A DNA stretch of 64,000 nt, from the IMG/VR virus record IMGVR_UViG_3300033802_000250. The stretch is one strand, 5' to 3'. Shown here one piece after another: positions 29,101 through 38,369 of this stretch (position 1 is the stretch's first letter; every line of letters starts with the position of its first letter). Position numbers and translations under genes: made by a program. A model generated the notes under the pieces. It saw only the letters and a program-made list of their open reading frames with translations, did no database searches and had not been told where the DNA came from. The stretch comes from a virus. Taxonomy: Duplodnaviria; Caudoviricetes.

Positions 29101-32100
29101 CGGTAGGCGAACCAATCAATCTGCCGGAAACCGCCGACAAAATCCGCTACCGCATTAAACTGTATGAAGGGTATCGAAAAGATACCGAAGTACCGGATTA
29201 CTACTTCGACAGTTTTCTGCTCGGCCAAGGCACCCGCACCCGCACGATTGTTGTCGGCAATGCTGTGATGATCGACAATATCGCAACCAGCGCCGACGGA
29301 ATGTACATCACGGCACCGATCCATTTGGGAAAAAACGTGGATTCGCTCGGCACGCTTCGTGTTACGCTGGACATTCCGGGAACCTCGGACGTGAAATTCT
29401 TTACGGTGACGTTCGATGATCCGAACCATAATTACCGAACGCCGACAGCGGAAAGCCCGTGGATTCCGGCTTCTTTTGTGTACGACCCGGACACGAAGGA
29501 CTATACGATAGGAATTTCGTCCGCCATCAAGGAGTATCTCGCCATTATCATTCAGCTTACGCGCGGCATCGCTCCGGGGCCGACGTTTACCATTACGCCG
29601 TCCAACTTCGATCCGAGCCGGGCAAAAAACCTGATCGTTGCCGGAGACAGCATTCGACTGAGCAATCTGACGCAGGAAGGTATGTACACGTCGCAACCGG
29701 TTTATGTAGGAGACGCCGCCAACTTGGCATTCAGTGTCCAGATTGAACCGGATAATGCCGAATATGTTGTTCAAAGCGTCTTTGGCGCAACGGCACAGGA
29801 TGTTATGAATGCTTCCATGATCGAATCATCGTGGAGAAATGGCATTCCGTCTGCGCCGTTGCAAGGCTGGATGATGTACCGCATCAAGCTCAAACCGTCT
29901 TTGGTGGATTGTACATCCATACACTTCATGAAAGACACGTACGCAGACTTCTCCAGTCATTCCGGGCGCACGAACATGAGCATCAACACGGATGGCTCGA
30001 TTTCGGTTATCGACAAGTCGATGAAGGCTACCTATACGTCGGAGGAAATCCCGGTTGGAATCCTCGACAAAGTCTTGAGCATCGTACTGAATGGGAATGG
30101 AGACTGGAAGAACGTCAAATTCTTCATACAGTACAAAATCAATGGGGTATGGACTCACGAACATTCCTACGAGATTAAGGAGACTTATCTCAATGGAGAG
30201 GCGTCGGCTGTGCTACCATCCTTGTTGAATGTTAATGGCACAACCCACATTAGATACCGTATTGAAATTGAGCCGTCTGTACCGGCGCACTATAATTATG
30301 TCAGCGTGAACTACAACAAGTTCAAAGACGGCATCAACAACAATATGGATATCTATCCGATTACGGCCCACGGCAATCCGAACTACTATTCGGGCGTTAA
30401 CGTTCATGGACATTCGATGAACGAAAAAGAGCGATGGCCGTATCCCGATCAAGGCACATACGAAACGCCGTGGTTTGAAGTCACCAGTGCGGAAGTTTCC
30501 CGTCCCGACGTGTGGATCGGAGGCTTGAACTTTGAGGTAGACTGGGATCTGTTTATCCAACAGGCTCCTTACGTTCGGGTTGAGATTCAGCTTGAAAACC
30601 AAGATGGAGTGCAAAGCCAGTGGTTTGTGATGGAACCGCCTGTTCATCACCATATCGGCGGCAACTATCAGCCCAAGGGATACATGATGGACTTGACGAG
30701 TTTTCCGAATGCTCGTAAGGCGAGAATCCGCGTGCATATCCGCACAGGTACAAAACAACTCTACGAGGTTAATGGGCCTGTCCTTATCAACTACGGATCG
30801 GATGTCATGAAGTTCAACCTCAACATGTACTACGGCGGTCGTGGTACGACGAGAATTGACCGCATTTCGGTCAACACCTCAAAGTGTACGCCGGTGACGC
30901 CGATTCTGAAAAGCATGGCGGTTGTATCCAATGCCTACGTTGGGCCGAAGGTGTCAAATATCCATGTGAATCCGGTGTTGTACGAATTGACTCGGGTGGT
31001 TCCGAAAATCTTGGAGGTGCGCCTTGGCGGCCATATCAAAGAAGGCGTCGCGCTCGAAACTTATGCGGTGCCAATGGTCGGCGAACTGATTATGGATCAG
31101 AAGGAATATCCCATCACGGATAAAATCGTGGAGGATATTGTGTACGACTATCTGGCGTCGCGCGGCGTCGAGTTCAACGACAACTTCGCCTTCACGGATT
31201 ACCATCTCCAGATTGACCCGGTGTATCCGGTTCAGTTGCGAACCAATCCGCGAGGAACAGAGCGTGTATTCGCCCGGGCGACACAGCGGGCCGGAGATGT
31301 ACTGTATCAAAACATCCGCATCTACTTCGACAAGGACGATCAAAGCGTTGTGTTGAAGCCAATTCCTCAGCATGGTAGCCCGATCTGCATCAAGAACGCC
31401 GCTGGAGTACAATTGCGGCAGGTACATTTCCGAGATGATCTTGGGCACCCAACGCTGACGAATATGGAGGAGCCGCTGGTTGAACATCAGCGCTACCTGT
31501 TCCTGCAATACACCGGCATCGACCCGAGAACGTTGGAAGTATATGCGCCGAACGGTGAAGGGTGGGCGCAGGTTGAAGATGTGCAATTGATCGAGAACCG
31601 AGTGGTTTTGCCGAGCTATTTCCCGTCCGGCACCAAGTTCCGCGTGTTGTACAAACTGAAGGATTCCTTCTATGTGCATTACAACTACGCACCGCTGGAG
31701 GATTACTGCCAGATTAAAGTGCATACGTCGTTCGATCCGAACAACGATGCGACCCGGTATCTGGACATCAAATACGAGGTCAACAAGGAGACGGCGTATT
31801 ATCTGGCGAAGGAAGTAGACCTAAACCCGCTTCGGAGCAAGATCAACAGCGGCTTTATCTACCTGACCGATACGGTTTATCCGCCGTTTACGCTCGATGT
31901 GCAGTTCAATCCGAACACGTTGTACAAGGGCTCGGAGGACAAGGTCATCATCAACGCCATCATTCTCGACGAGTTCGGCAACCCGGTTGTCGGAGAAAAA
32001 GCCGATTTCAGTTGCAACGTGGGAAGCATCCAAGTGCTGAAGCGCATCAGCGACCAGAACGGTATGGTAACGGCGCTGTATATCGCGCCGAAATCAACAA

Positions 32101-32609
32101 AGCTCTCGAAGGCAACGATCAATATCAGCGTTATCTCCCGCGACGTTTCCAAGCAAATCTCAAAGACCGTGGAGGTTTTCTTCGTAGAACCATACTCGGT
32201 CAACAAAATCGCCATTTTGCCGGAAAAGAATATGGTCGAGCTTGGAGATGTTGTACAATTGAAAGTAAAGGTGATGGGCGCAAACAACGAGCCGCTGGCG
32301 GGCCGCAACGTGCAGATGTACACCGATCAAGGCGTTCTTGAACCGGAGATCGGAACGACGGATGAGCGCGGAGAATTGCAGGTTCAGTACACCTATCAGC
32401 CGAGCGACCGGCGCAATATTGTCGTCTTGTCGCAGGATACGGTGGTCGAACCGGTAGCGGGCCTGAACTTCACAGCGGAGTTCGAGTTTGTGAACCGTCG
32501 CCTTGAAACAGACTCCACAGACGGTTACGTCTTGATTGAGGCTGAAACGTATGACAACAATCTTCAGCCGATTCGGGAGCAAATCCTGTTGGGTGTAAGT
32601 GGGGTGTAG
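26124..32609 (+). CDS. Giant baseplate-associated adhesin-like protein: lectin-like N-domain, 4x fibronectin III, nested chassis domains, C-terminal Ig (Big_1-like) domains
   Basis: Fn3 repeats PLAPTNL...IKLTW...YTETGLAESTTY..VVAFNAAGES (about 27010-28130). C-terminal ILDEFGNPV...SDQNG and GANNEPLAGRNV...TDERG. Confidence 0.8.
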   Translation: MATRYFDVTVSGDASYVGERFWSGESINSLWYLFNYNSDNRATWGLDANGWLQYRSAFGTYAGRYNPDDINLGDTYFEVDLQPAGSGNYEVGFFMRYIDRFSFYYLTFNGGYVNWGTRNIRLYKVIGTQHIMVADAEHPVFNTSTVYKFRCELTDANVKIYLNNSLIINWTDTSGSPYRQGAFGPWVRGQEFAKWRGFQAKTNSPVTLSTVLKDNNVTNAFYDAASAKLISMQSVSQILQPILDAFLSNVNYESFTWKSFRLSSSEPRVHVIFDRTEGANVTSDPASKIYAYQQLPTSPPLAPTNLVGQALGLNSIKLTWEHADDSEDGFHIYDDQGNLIATVAEDVLEYTETGLAESTTYKRVVVAFNAAGESAASNMVTITTASTIPIKPTNFQGTPISDRSILWTWNDNAFNETAYELITWDELGNIIVLVNDLPKGTSSYLETGLSPSTTYVRGVRARNSAGHSEPSNPFEVTTMDELPAPPMNAPVNFYGIGVSDTTIYWFWKDINHDEEGFELYDQHDNLIATIPANTEQYIETGLYSLNVYQRKIRAFNRGGKGPFTPLATAITLSDGRDQTGKPLPPMDLRAEVLDTTSVRLTWVYEEDEHFPAVGFKIFFGDGAFAAAVPKDLREHTISTLLPNTTYHMYIVAYNDNGDSLRSNTVEFTTPHVIPNIPDPIDPSDLEDPFYGISYDHEKEGMPKISAFQSGVGDGLDLVVRNIQSPAPNLEVFRYEVYITGEYQETIEGVTYNRIWESARSVGQLQEVVAGAVLKFTDRIPSPLFDLMWQEINAKTPISNYKLILTSTNPNVEITLEREVTNFFPEDSTFIELPMQARIINETQTAWYPSIHSGYYYLNQQEWFLYVDDRVRPRDGDIDEMYVMKFPYIIKAFGARHYDAQDFHFVDTTRADFLQGEVGEGITLDKEYGSICLKDDAAEGVFTSRIFRFGRPVTDWYPIEVIYDGEAASGGARFEVEVGASDYLGNVETWYPQTVGEPINLPETADKIRYRIKLYEGYRKDTEVPDYYFDSFLLGQGTRTRTIVVGNAVMIDNIATSADGMYITAPIHLGKNVDSLGTLRVTLDIPGTSDVKFFTVTFDDPNHNYRTPTAESPWIPASFVYDPDTKDYTIGISSAIKEYLAIIIQLTRGIAPGPTFTITPSNFDPSRAKNLIVAGDSIRLSNLTQEGMYTSQPVYVGDAANLAFSVQIEPDNAEYVVQSVFGATAQDVMNASMIESSWRNGIPSAPLQGWMMYRIKLKPSLVDCTSIHFMKDTYADFSSHSGRTNMSINTDGSISVIDKSMKATYTSEEIPVGILDKVLSIVLNGNGDWKNVKFFIQYKINGVWTHEHSYEIKETYLNGEASAVLPSLLNVNGTTHIRYRIEIEPSVPAHYNYVSVNYNKFKDGINNNMDIYPITAHGNPNYYSGVNVHGHSMNEKERWPYPDQGTYETPWFEVTSAEVSRPDVWIGGLNFEVDWDLFIQQAPYVRVEIQLENQDGVQSQWFVMEPPVHHHIGGNYQPKGYMMDLTSFPNARKARIRVHIRTGTKQLYEVNGPVLINYGSDVMKFNLNMYYGGRGTTRIDRISVNTSKCTPVTPILKSMAVVSNAYVGPKVSNIHVNPVLYELTRVVPKILEVRLGGHIKEGVALETYAVPMVGELIMDQKEYPITDKIVEDIVYDYLASRGVEFNDNFAFTDYHLQIDPVYPVQLRTNPRGTERVFARATQRAGDVLYQNIRIYFDKDDQSVVLKPIPQHGSPICIKNAAGVQLRQVHFRDDLGHPTLTNMEEPLVEHQRYLFLQYTGIDPRTLEVYAPNGEGWAQVEDVQLIENRVVLPSYFPSGTKFRVLYKLKDSFYVHYNYAPLEDYCQIKVHTSFDPNNDATRYLDIKYEVNKETAYYLAKEVDLNPLRSKINSGFIYLTDTVYPPFTLDVQFNPNTLYKGSEDKVIINAIILDEFGNPVVGEKADFSCNVGSIQVLKRISDQNGMVTALYIAPKSTKLSKATINISVISRDVSKQISKTVEVFFVEPYSVNKIAILPEKNMVELGDVVQLKVKVMGANNEPLAGRNVQMYTDQGVLEPEIGTTDERGELQVQYTYQPSDRRNIVVLSQDTVVEPVAGLNFTAEFEFVNRRLETDSTDGYVLIEAETYDNNLQPIREQILLGVSGV

Positions 32610-32611
32610 CC

Positions 32612-35600
32612 ATGTTTCTGCCAACAAAAGCCCACATCAAAGAAATTACGGAAGGCCAATACCGAATCCGGCTCGGAAACCGCGTCCCAAAGGACGCGGT
32701 CAACCTGGCCTATGCACACATCCCGGCTGTCAACAGCCGGGAGAATGTGCTTATAACCGATCTTTCCAATACAATCATGGAAAATACGCGGAACGCCCAA
32801 ATCGGCGACATCTTCATGCACCCGGACAATTCCCTCCTGCTGGCGACAGAGGATGGCCGCATGGAACTGCCGACGACGGATGTTCTGATCACGAACATTT
32901 TTCAGGGTGAAACGCCGCTATATTATGCCCAAGTGCTGACGTATTGGCATTACGACAAGATGGGGCCGGACGAGTACGGGATGTATCAGGGCACCGGCAT
33001 TACGATTGTAGACCGGTTTGGCAAACCGATTGATCGCCCGTACCGGGTGCAATTGATTGAGGAGCCGAACCATAAGAACCTGTACAAAATCATCGTGTTC
33101 ACCTCGTTCAAAGACAGCGAGAGCGATACATACAGCGTCGTGTACAACGCCGTCAACGTTTTGCCTGACGGGCGCACAGAAACATTCGCCGGATACCGGG
33201 AATCGCTGAACCTGCACAGGGCGTTCACCCGGCTTGACGATATGGTGAAGATTCTCGATCAGGTGCGTCGCCGGGACAATTCGCCAACGTACTATCAGGC
33301 CAACGGCACGCATCCGGCTTACAGCAAATTCTACGTGCCGACGCCGCCGATTGACGACACCCGAAAACCGGAGTTCTTCCGGTATCAGGTTGGTCTTGAG
33401 ATCGAGATCAAAGGCGAAAAGCACATCTTCACGACGCCGTGGTATTCGGACAACGTCTTCAATATCAACTCGTTGACTGTCGAAGAACGCAACGAATACG
33501 TGAACGGCAACAAACTCCTCACGTCCACAACGGCAGAGGAGATCATGAAATACTTCGCGGACAAGGATTTCTTCTATGATGTCCGGGCCAAGAAGAAATA
33601 CTTTGTCATTTCTGACAACGATGTGGTGAAAGTCTTTACCCGACTGGACGGTTCATCGCCGGTGTACGCGACGACAAACGTCTCCGGTGTTCAGCGGATT
33701 CGGATCCCGATGAACGCCCGCAGGAGTCAATCCCCTATCGAGGAAACCGGAAAGCTGAAGTTTCGCATCCGGCCTCTCAAGGGCGTTCCGAACACGGTTG
33801 CGAACATCAGCTTCGTTATTGACGCCAGCAATTCGATTAAGCGATACGACTCCGACAAAAGCCAGCGGTCGATCATTATCCGGGATATCGTAAACTCGGC
33901 CCGCAACTTCCATCCCGAATTTGCCGTAAACGGATTTGCCTATAACTATACGGTGAATCCGTTCCAAGAAGAAATGATCGGAGATTCCGAAGCGTTAATT
34001 CAGAAGTTCTTGAAGGATGTGGAGGACTCCGACATCACATACCCGTTTCCGGCCATCGACGCGGCCATCGAGAAGCTGGATAAGATCCCGGAGAAATTCA
34101 ATCGAGTCTCCACCGAGATAACGAACTTGAAATTCTTGGTGCTGGTAACAGACGGGCGGTACGAATCGTTCGGGGCGCTTGAGGAGAAGATCATCGAGGC
34201 CAAAAACAAAAAGATCAGCCTGTGTGTTGTGACTTTCAGCAACTACGAGCAGATCCGGGAAGTTTGCGAGCGCAATCAGACGCTCGCCGTTGACGCGCTG
34301 TCGCCGCGCATCGGAACGTTCCTGCGTTACTTCTTCTTTGATCTCGCAGGGCTTCAGGAATCCTTCGACCTTGGCAACACGATCAACTTCACGATCAGCC
34401 CGGACGAAGGCGACAAGGAAGTAGCGGTGATGGAGTATGACACCTTCAGCATTCCGCAAAAATACCTGAACGACAAATACCGGTACGGAATCGAAGTGCA
34501 ACTGGAAGCGCACGCGGCGATCTCCATCTACATCAAGGACAAGCCTGTTGACCGGATTCTTGCCACCTACAACAGCGGCAACATCATTCCGATCAACTAC
34601 ATGGATGTGGAGAACGTCTACCATGTGATCGCGACTTCAAAGTATTACGCCTACAAGTTCAATCACACGTATGCGCTTCGATTGAACGACAACCAGCAAA
34701 TTCAGGTGTTGCCGCCGCGCGAAATAGAGTCCCGGTATAGTTGGTATCTCCGCATCAAAAACGGTCGGTTTGAACGGAATGTTGTTGAGGATGATAAGGT
34801 CGTTACCTACTGCTATTCCATCCCGGAATACTACCGCCAAGGGTTCATTCCTCAACTCGGTGTGCCGTATGTGCAGGTGCAAAAGGAAAAGCCGCGCATC
34901 CTGAATGACAGCCAAATCAAAGTGATGTACACACCGTTGTATATCGAGTTCGACGGCGAGAAAGTTCTGAATGCAACGGTGCGCGTTAACGGCAAACCCA
35001 TCAACATCAGGTCGTGGAGTACCTTCGACGGCGTGTTTGAGCTTGATGGCAAAATCACGCAGAACGACAATATCGAAGTGTACTATCAGTACGAGGAAGA
35101 AGCGTATGTGTACCGGGGGTATTATGACGAACAATCCGGTCGGTTCTGGAGCCTTGATCTGAATCCGACGGCGGGCCACTATGTTACCATCCGGGACAAA
35201 TACGACGGCACGGTCAAAGACTTGCCGAGCTTCTGGTTGATTAACGAAACCATCTACCTGTATCTGCGGCCAACGATGAAGATGGTGCCAACAGATAACG
35301 GATACGAGATTCAGGGTATCCAGAAAGCAACGCTGTTTCATGCCTTCGAGAAGGTCGATGAACCGAACGTATTGCTGATTGCCAAGATTCACGTCCGGCC
35401 AAACTCCAACCGAGAGAGCATTCGATTCCTCGATACCCGGATGCGCGGCGGCGGGCTGAAGCCGGAGATCAACGAAGCAATCATGCGTGAGTTCGAGAGC
35501 GAATCGTTCTTCTATTGGGATATCGGCAGTTGGGATGGAAAGCCGTATTCGGAAAACGCCGTGGCCGTATTCCGCATCACGCGGAAGGTACTGAAAGAGT

Positions 35601-35809
35601 ACGGCGGGCGGTTCACAAAATCCGAAGTCGAGGAAAAGCTGGCGAAGCATCTTGGTTACGGCATCCTGCCGATTATCGAGTTCATCGAAGACTCCGACGA
35701 GCTTCTGTCGATTCCCGAAGACCTTGTGGTCGAAGTGATCGACGTTGAAGATAACGTGGATGTCGCTGTGGAACGTCCGACGTTCAGTCTGTCAGTAGTG
35801 GAGGGGTAA
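32612..35809 (+). CDS. Large baseplate-associated protein with von Willebrand factor A domain
   Basis: MIDAS motifs ISFVIDASNSI (33806), DITYP and LVLVTDG. Confidence 0.75.
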   Translation: MFLPTKAHIKEITEGQYRIRLGNRVPKDAVNLAYAHIPAVNSRENVLITDLSNTIMENTRNAQIGDIFMHPDNSLLLATEDGRMELPTTDVLITNIFQGETPLYYAQVLTYWHYDKMGPDEYGMYQGTGITIVDRFGKPIDRPYRVQLIEEPNHKNLYKIIVFTSFKDSESDTYSVVYNAVNVLPDGRTETFAGYRESLNLHRAFTRLDDMVKILDQVRRRDNSPTYYQANGTHPAYSKFYVPTPPIDDTRKPEFFRYQVGLEIEIKGEKHIFTTPWYSDNVFNINSLTVEERNEYVNGNKLLTSTTAEEIMKYFADKDFFYDVRAKKKYFVISDNDVVKVFTRLDGSSPVYATTNVSGVQRIRIPMNARRSQSPIEETGKLKFRIRPLKGVPNTVANISFVIDASNSIKRYDSDKSQRSIIIRDIVNSARNFHPEFAVNGFAYNYTVNPFQEEMIGDSEALIQKFLKDVEDSDITYPFPAIDAAIEKLDKIPEKFNRVSTEITNLKFLVLVTDGRYESFGALEEKIIEAKNKKISLCVVTFSNYEQIREVCERNQTLAVDALSPRIGTFLRYFFFDLAGLQESFDLGNTINFTISPDEGDKEVAVMEYDTFSIPQKYLNDKYRYGIEVQLEAHAAISIYIKDKPVDRILATYNSGNIIPINYMDVENVYHVIATSKYYAYKFNHTYALRLNDNQQIQVLPPREIESRYSWYLRIKNGRFERNVVEDDKVVTYCYSIPEYYRQGFIPQLGVPYVQVQKEKPRILNDSQIKVMYTPLYIEFDGEKVLNATVRVNGKPINIRSWSTFDGVFELDGKITQNDNIEVYYQYEEEAYVYRGYYDEQSGRFWSLDLNPTAGHYVTIRDKYDGTVKDLPSFWLINETIYLYLRPTMKMVPTDNGYEIQGIQKATLFHAFEKVDEPNVLLIAKIHVRPNSNRESIRFLDTRMRGGGLKPEINEAIMREFESESFFYWDIGSWDGKPYSENAVAVFRITRKVLKEYGGRFTKSEVEEKLAKHLGYGILPIIEFIEDSDELLSIPEDLVVEVIDVEDNVDVAVERPTFSLSVVEG

Positions 35810-35810
35810 T

Positions 35811-37085
35811 ATGGCACGCCGAGTTGTATTGCATATCGACAAACATGTCCATATCAATGACGTAACGTTCGAGATTTACCGCTCGACGGACGCGGACATT
35901 GCCAAAAACGGCAAGCTGATCGCCACGATCTTTGAGCCGTCCGCGTTCAAAACAACGCACCGGGCGGATGCCGAACAACTCGTCAGGGATACGGAAACGC
36001 CGTACGCCTTCCATGTTTCCCGTCACTTTGATGAGGATCCGTTCCCCGAAGTGTTCGTCGGCGACACAGCGGTATTGCCTCGCGATGTTTTGTTGTTCTC
36101 GAACGAGAAGATGATCGAAATCCACAATGGCGATCTTGGTCTTGCCGATGGCCGCAACGTCTACATGTCCTACAATTATCAGGCCATCGACTTCAAGGAT
36201 GATTACGGAGCCCAAAGCGGAGTCTCTTATGTCGGCCCTCCGGCCACCGGGCTCCGGCTTCCTATCCGGGTTCAGCTTTCGTACAACTATACGACTCGGC
36301 AGATCGAGATCCATTATCTGAACGATCCGCTTCCGATGCTTTATTTCTACCGGATTCGGGCCAAAGACTCCGACGGCAACTATTCGCCATACTCCGTAAC
36401 GAAAAGCATCGAGCTTATACAGGATCCTGCGGAGGTTTTCTTCCGCATCGAACGGTCGAAAGATCGCGTCACATGGGAGCCCGTTGCATTCAGTAACATG
36501 ATCGACTGGTATGACGATCCAATCCTCATTGACCCGCCGACCAACGTGCGAAATCTCTCGATCACGCCGCTGTCGTCCAAAGAGGCGCTGATTGAGTTCG
36601 ACAATCCGTGGTTCTATTGGCAGGAGTACGAGCGGTCGAGCTATTGGTATCGGATACGTACAGAAGACATCACCGGGGAAGCAACCGAATGGCTGGAGAT
36701 TGAGCCTTGCATCATCCGGGCCCGTCCGAAGGAGATTCTGATCCGGCGCAAAGAAGACAATGGTTCTCCGTCCAGCAAAAACGGCGCAGATGCAATTGAC
36801 GTATTCCGGCTGAATGAAGGCAATGTCGATGTGACAAGCCCTGTCATCAGCCTGATCGACGATCAGTTGTCGGACGCGCTCAAATACGGCTACACAATCT
36901 TCTATACCGACGAGTTCGATATGGAGGCCGAGCCGCTGTACGTCATCAGCGATCATACGCCGTGGAGAAATATCATCTTGTTTCCCGGACAGACGAAGGG
37001 GGATAATATACTCAACGAGAACTTCGAGACGTATTTTGAACTTGCCGACAGAATCATCGAGATCGGCACGGATGCAGGAGGCTGA
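35811..37085 (+). CDS. Fn3-like virion protein (paralogue of next gene)
   Basis: YFYRIRAKDSDGNYS, PPTNVRNL, ILIRRK. Confidence 0.7.
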   Translation: MARRVVLHIDKHVHINDVTFEIYRSTDADIAKNGKLIATIFEPSAFKTTHRADAEQLVRDTETPYAFHVSRHFDEDPFPEVFVGDTAVLPRDVLLFSNEKMIEIHNGDLGLADGRNVYMSYNYQAIDFKDDYGAQSGVSYVGPPATGLRLPIRVQLSYNYTTRQIEIHYLNDPLPMLYFYRIRAKDSDGNYSPYSVTKSIELIQDPAEVFFRIERSKDRVTWEPVAFSNMIDWYDDPILIDPPTNVRNLSITPLSSKEALIEFDNPWFYWQEYERSSYWYRIRTEDITGEATEWLEIEPCIIRARPKEILIRRKEDNGSPSSKNGADAIDVFRLNEGNVDVTSPVISLIDDQLSDALKYGYTIFYTDEFDMEAEPLYVISDHTPWRNIILFPGQTKGDNILNENFETYFELADRIIEIGTDAGG

Positions 37086-37090
37086 TACCG

Positions 37091-38311
37091 TTGCCAAATC
37101 GAATCAGATTGACATGGAACCGGAATCAGGATTCGGAAACCCAATATTATCGGGTGTTTCGTGACGAGCAACCGGACATCAACCACAAGATGAGCTTGGA
37201 TCGCGTCGTGATGAAGGTCGAACACCCGAAGGGAATCAATCCAATCAAAGTCACGAATGAGAAGCTTGTGCGGGAAAGCGAGCGCACCTATGCCGTTGCT
37301 CACAACAATATCCTGCTGAAGCACAACGACCAGAACTTCCCGTTCAAGGTTATAGTGAACGGCGAGGAACGGTTTGATTTCGTGCTGGACACCGTAGAAG
37401 GCAAGGTTGTCTTCGACGAACCGATTCCCTTCAATGCGGATGTTCGGGTGCCGGAGTATCATTTTGATGGCGTCCAAGTATGGGATTATGAAATTGAGGA
37501 ACCCGGAAAGACGTACTATGGGCCGGAAGCCAAAGATACATCGGCACCCGCCGCGCCGACAAACGTAACGCTGGAGAAAGATCTGGAACGCAACCGGGTC
37601 ATCCTCCGGTGGGATGTCGCCGTGCCGGGCGGCAAAATGTACTATTATCGGATTGACGCGGCTATCGACGAGCAGAGATACTCCAAACTCAGCGAACTGC
37701 GCAACGCTTTTCTTCGGGAGCCGCTCGCCGACCGGCCATACATCATCGAGCGCTCCGACGACGGAAGACGATGGGTACAAATCGCCCGCGTGAAGACGAA
37801 CGTCTTCTACGAATACATGATCGACCGTCATGCGCCGGATGCGATCACCGGGCTCACAGCGGATGTGTTCCTGTACCGAAATCGCGGCGATGCACAAGTA
37901 ACGCTCAAGTGGGATCGTGTGCAGGATAGTACGGACAGCCGCACATCCATGTACCGAGTGCGCACGCAAAACCGTGTCGGTATGACAAGCGAGCCAAGCG
38001 CGGTCGTAGGCCCGATTGCATTCAAGGTAGACCTGTCGCATATCCTGATCCGGCGCAAAAGCTATGACGGCTCCCTGCCGAGCTACGACGGGAATGATGC
38101 TATTACGGTTGCCAAGATCACGAATTTGGATCAGGTGGAATACATCGAAGATGTGCCGGACAACAACTACTACGTTTATGGGTTGTGGGTTGTGGACAAG
38201 GGCGGCAACTACTCAGCCATCGCGTCGGTGTCTGTCGTCATCGGCGACGCAACGGCTCCGGGCTCGCCGGTAAATCTCTCAGCCCGAGAGTTCCACATGA
38301 CTGTGGGCTAA
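37091..38311 (+). CDS. Fn3-like virion protein
   Basis: TTG start with RBS aggagg; DTSAPAAPTNV, APDAITGL, WVVDKGGNYS. Confidence 0.75.
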   Translation: MPNRIRLTWNRNQDSETQYYRVFRDEQPDINHKMSLDRVVMKVEHPKGINPIKVTNEKLVRESERTYAVAHNNILLKHNDQNFPFKVIVNGEERFDFVLDTVEGKVVFDEPIPFNADVRVPEYHFDGVQVWDYEIEEPGKTYYGPEAKDTSAPAAPTNVTLEKDLERNRVILRWDVAVPGGKMYYYRIDAAIDEQRYSKLSELRNAFLREPLADRPYIIERSDDGRRWVQIARVKTNVFYEYMIDRHAPDAITGLTADVFLYRNRGDAQVTLKWDRVQDSTDSRTSMYRVRTQNRVGMTSEPSAVVGPIAFKVDLSHILIRRKSYDGSLPSYDGNDAITVAKITNLDQVEYIEDVPDNNYYVYGLWVVDKGGNYSAIASVSVVIGDATAPGSPVNLSAREFHMTVG

Positions 38312-38319
38312 GATATAAT
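38291..38319 (+). promoter_or_regulatory. Possible promoter TTCCAC-17-TATAAT
   Basis: Perfect -10 in an AT-rich intergenic gap; poor -35. Confidence 0.35.
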
Positions 38320-38369
38320 AAGTTTAGAACTGCAACAGCGGTTGATTTTGCATGAGGGGTGACGCCCTG

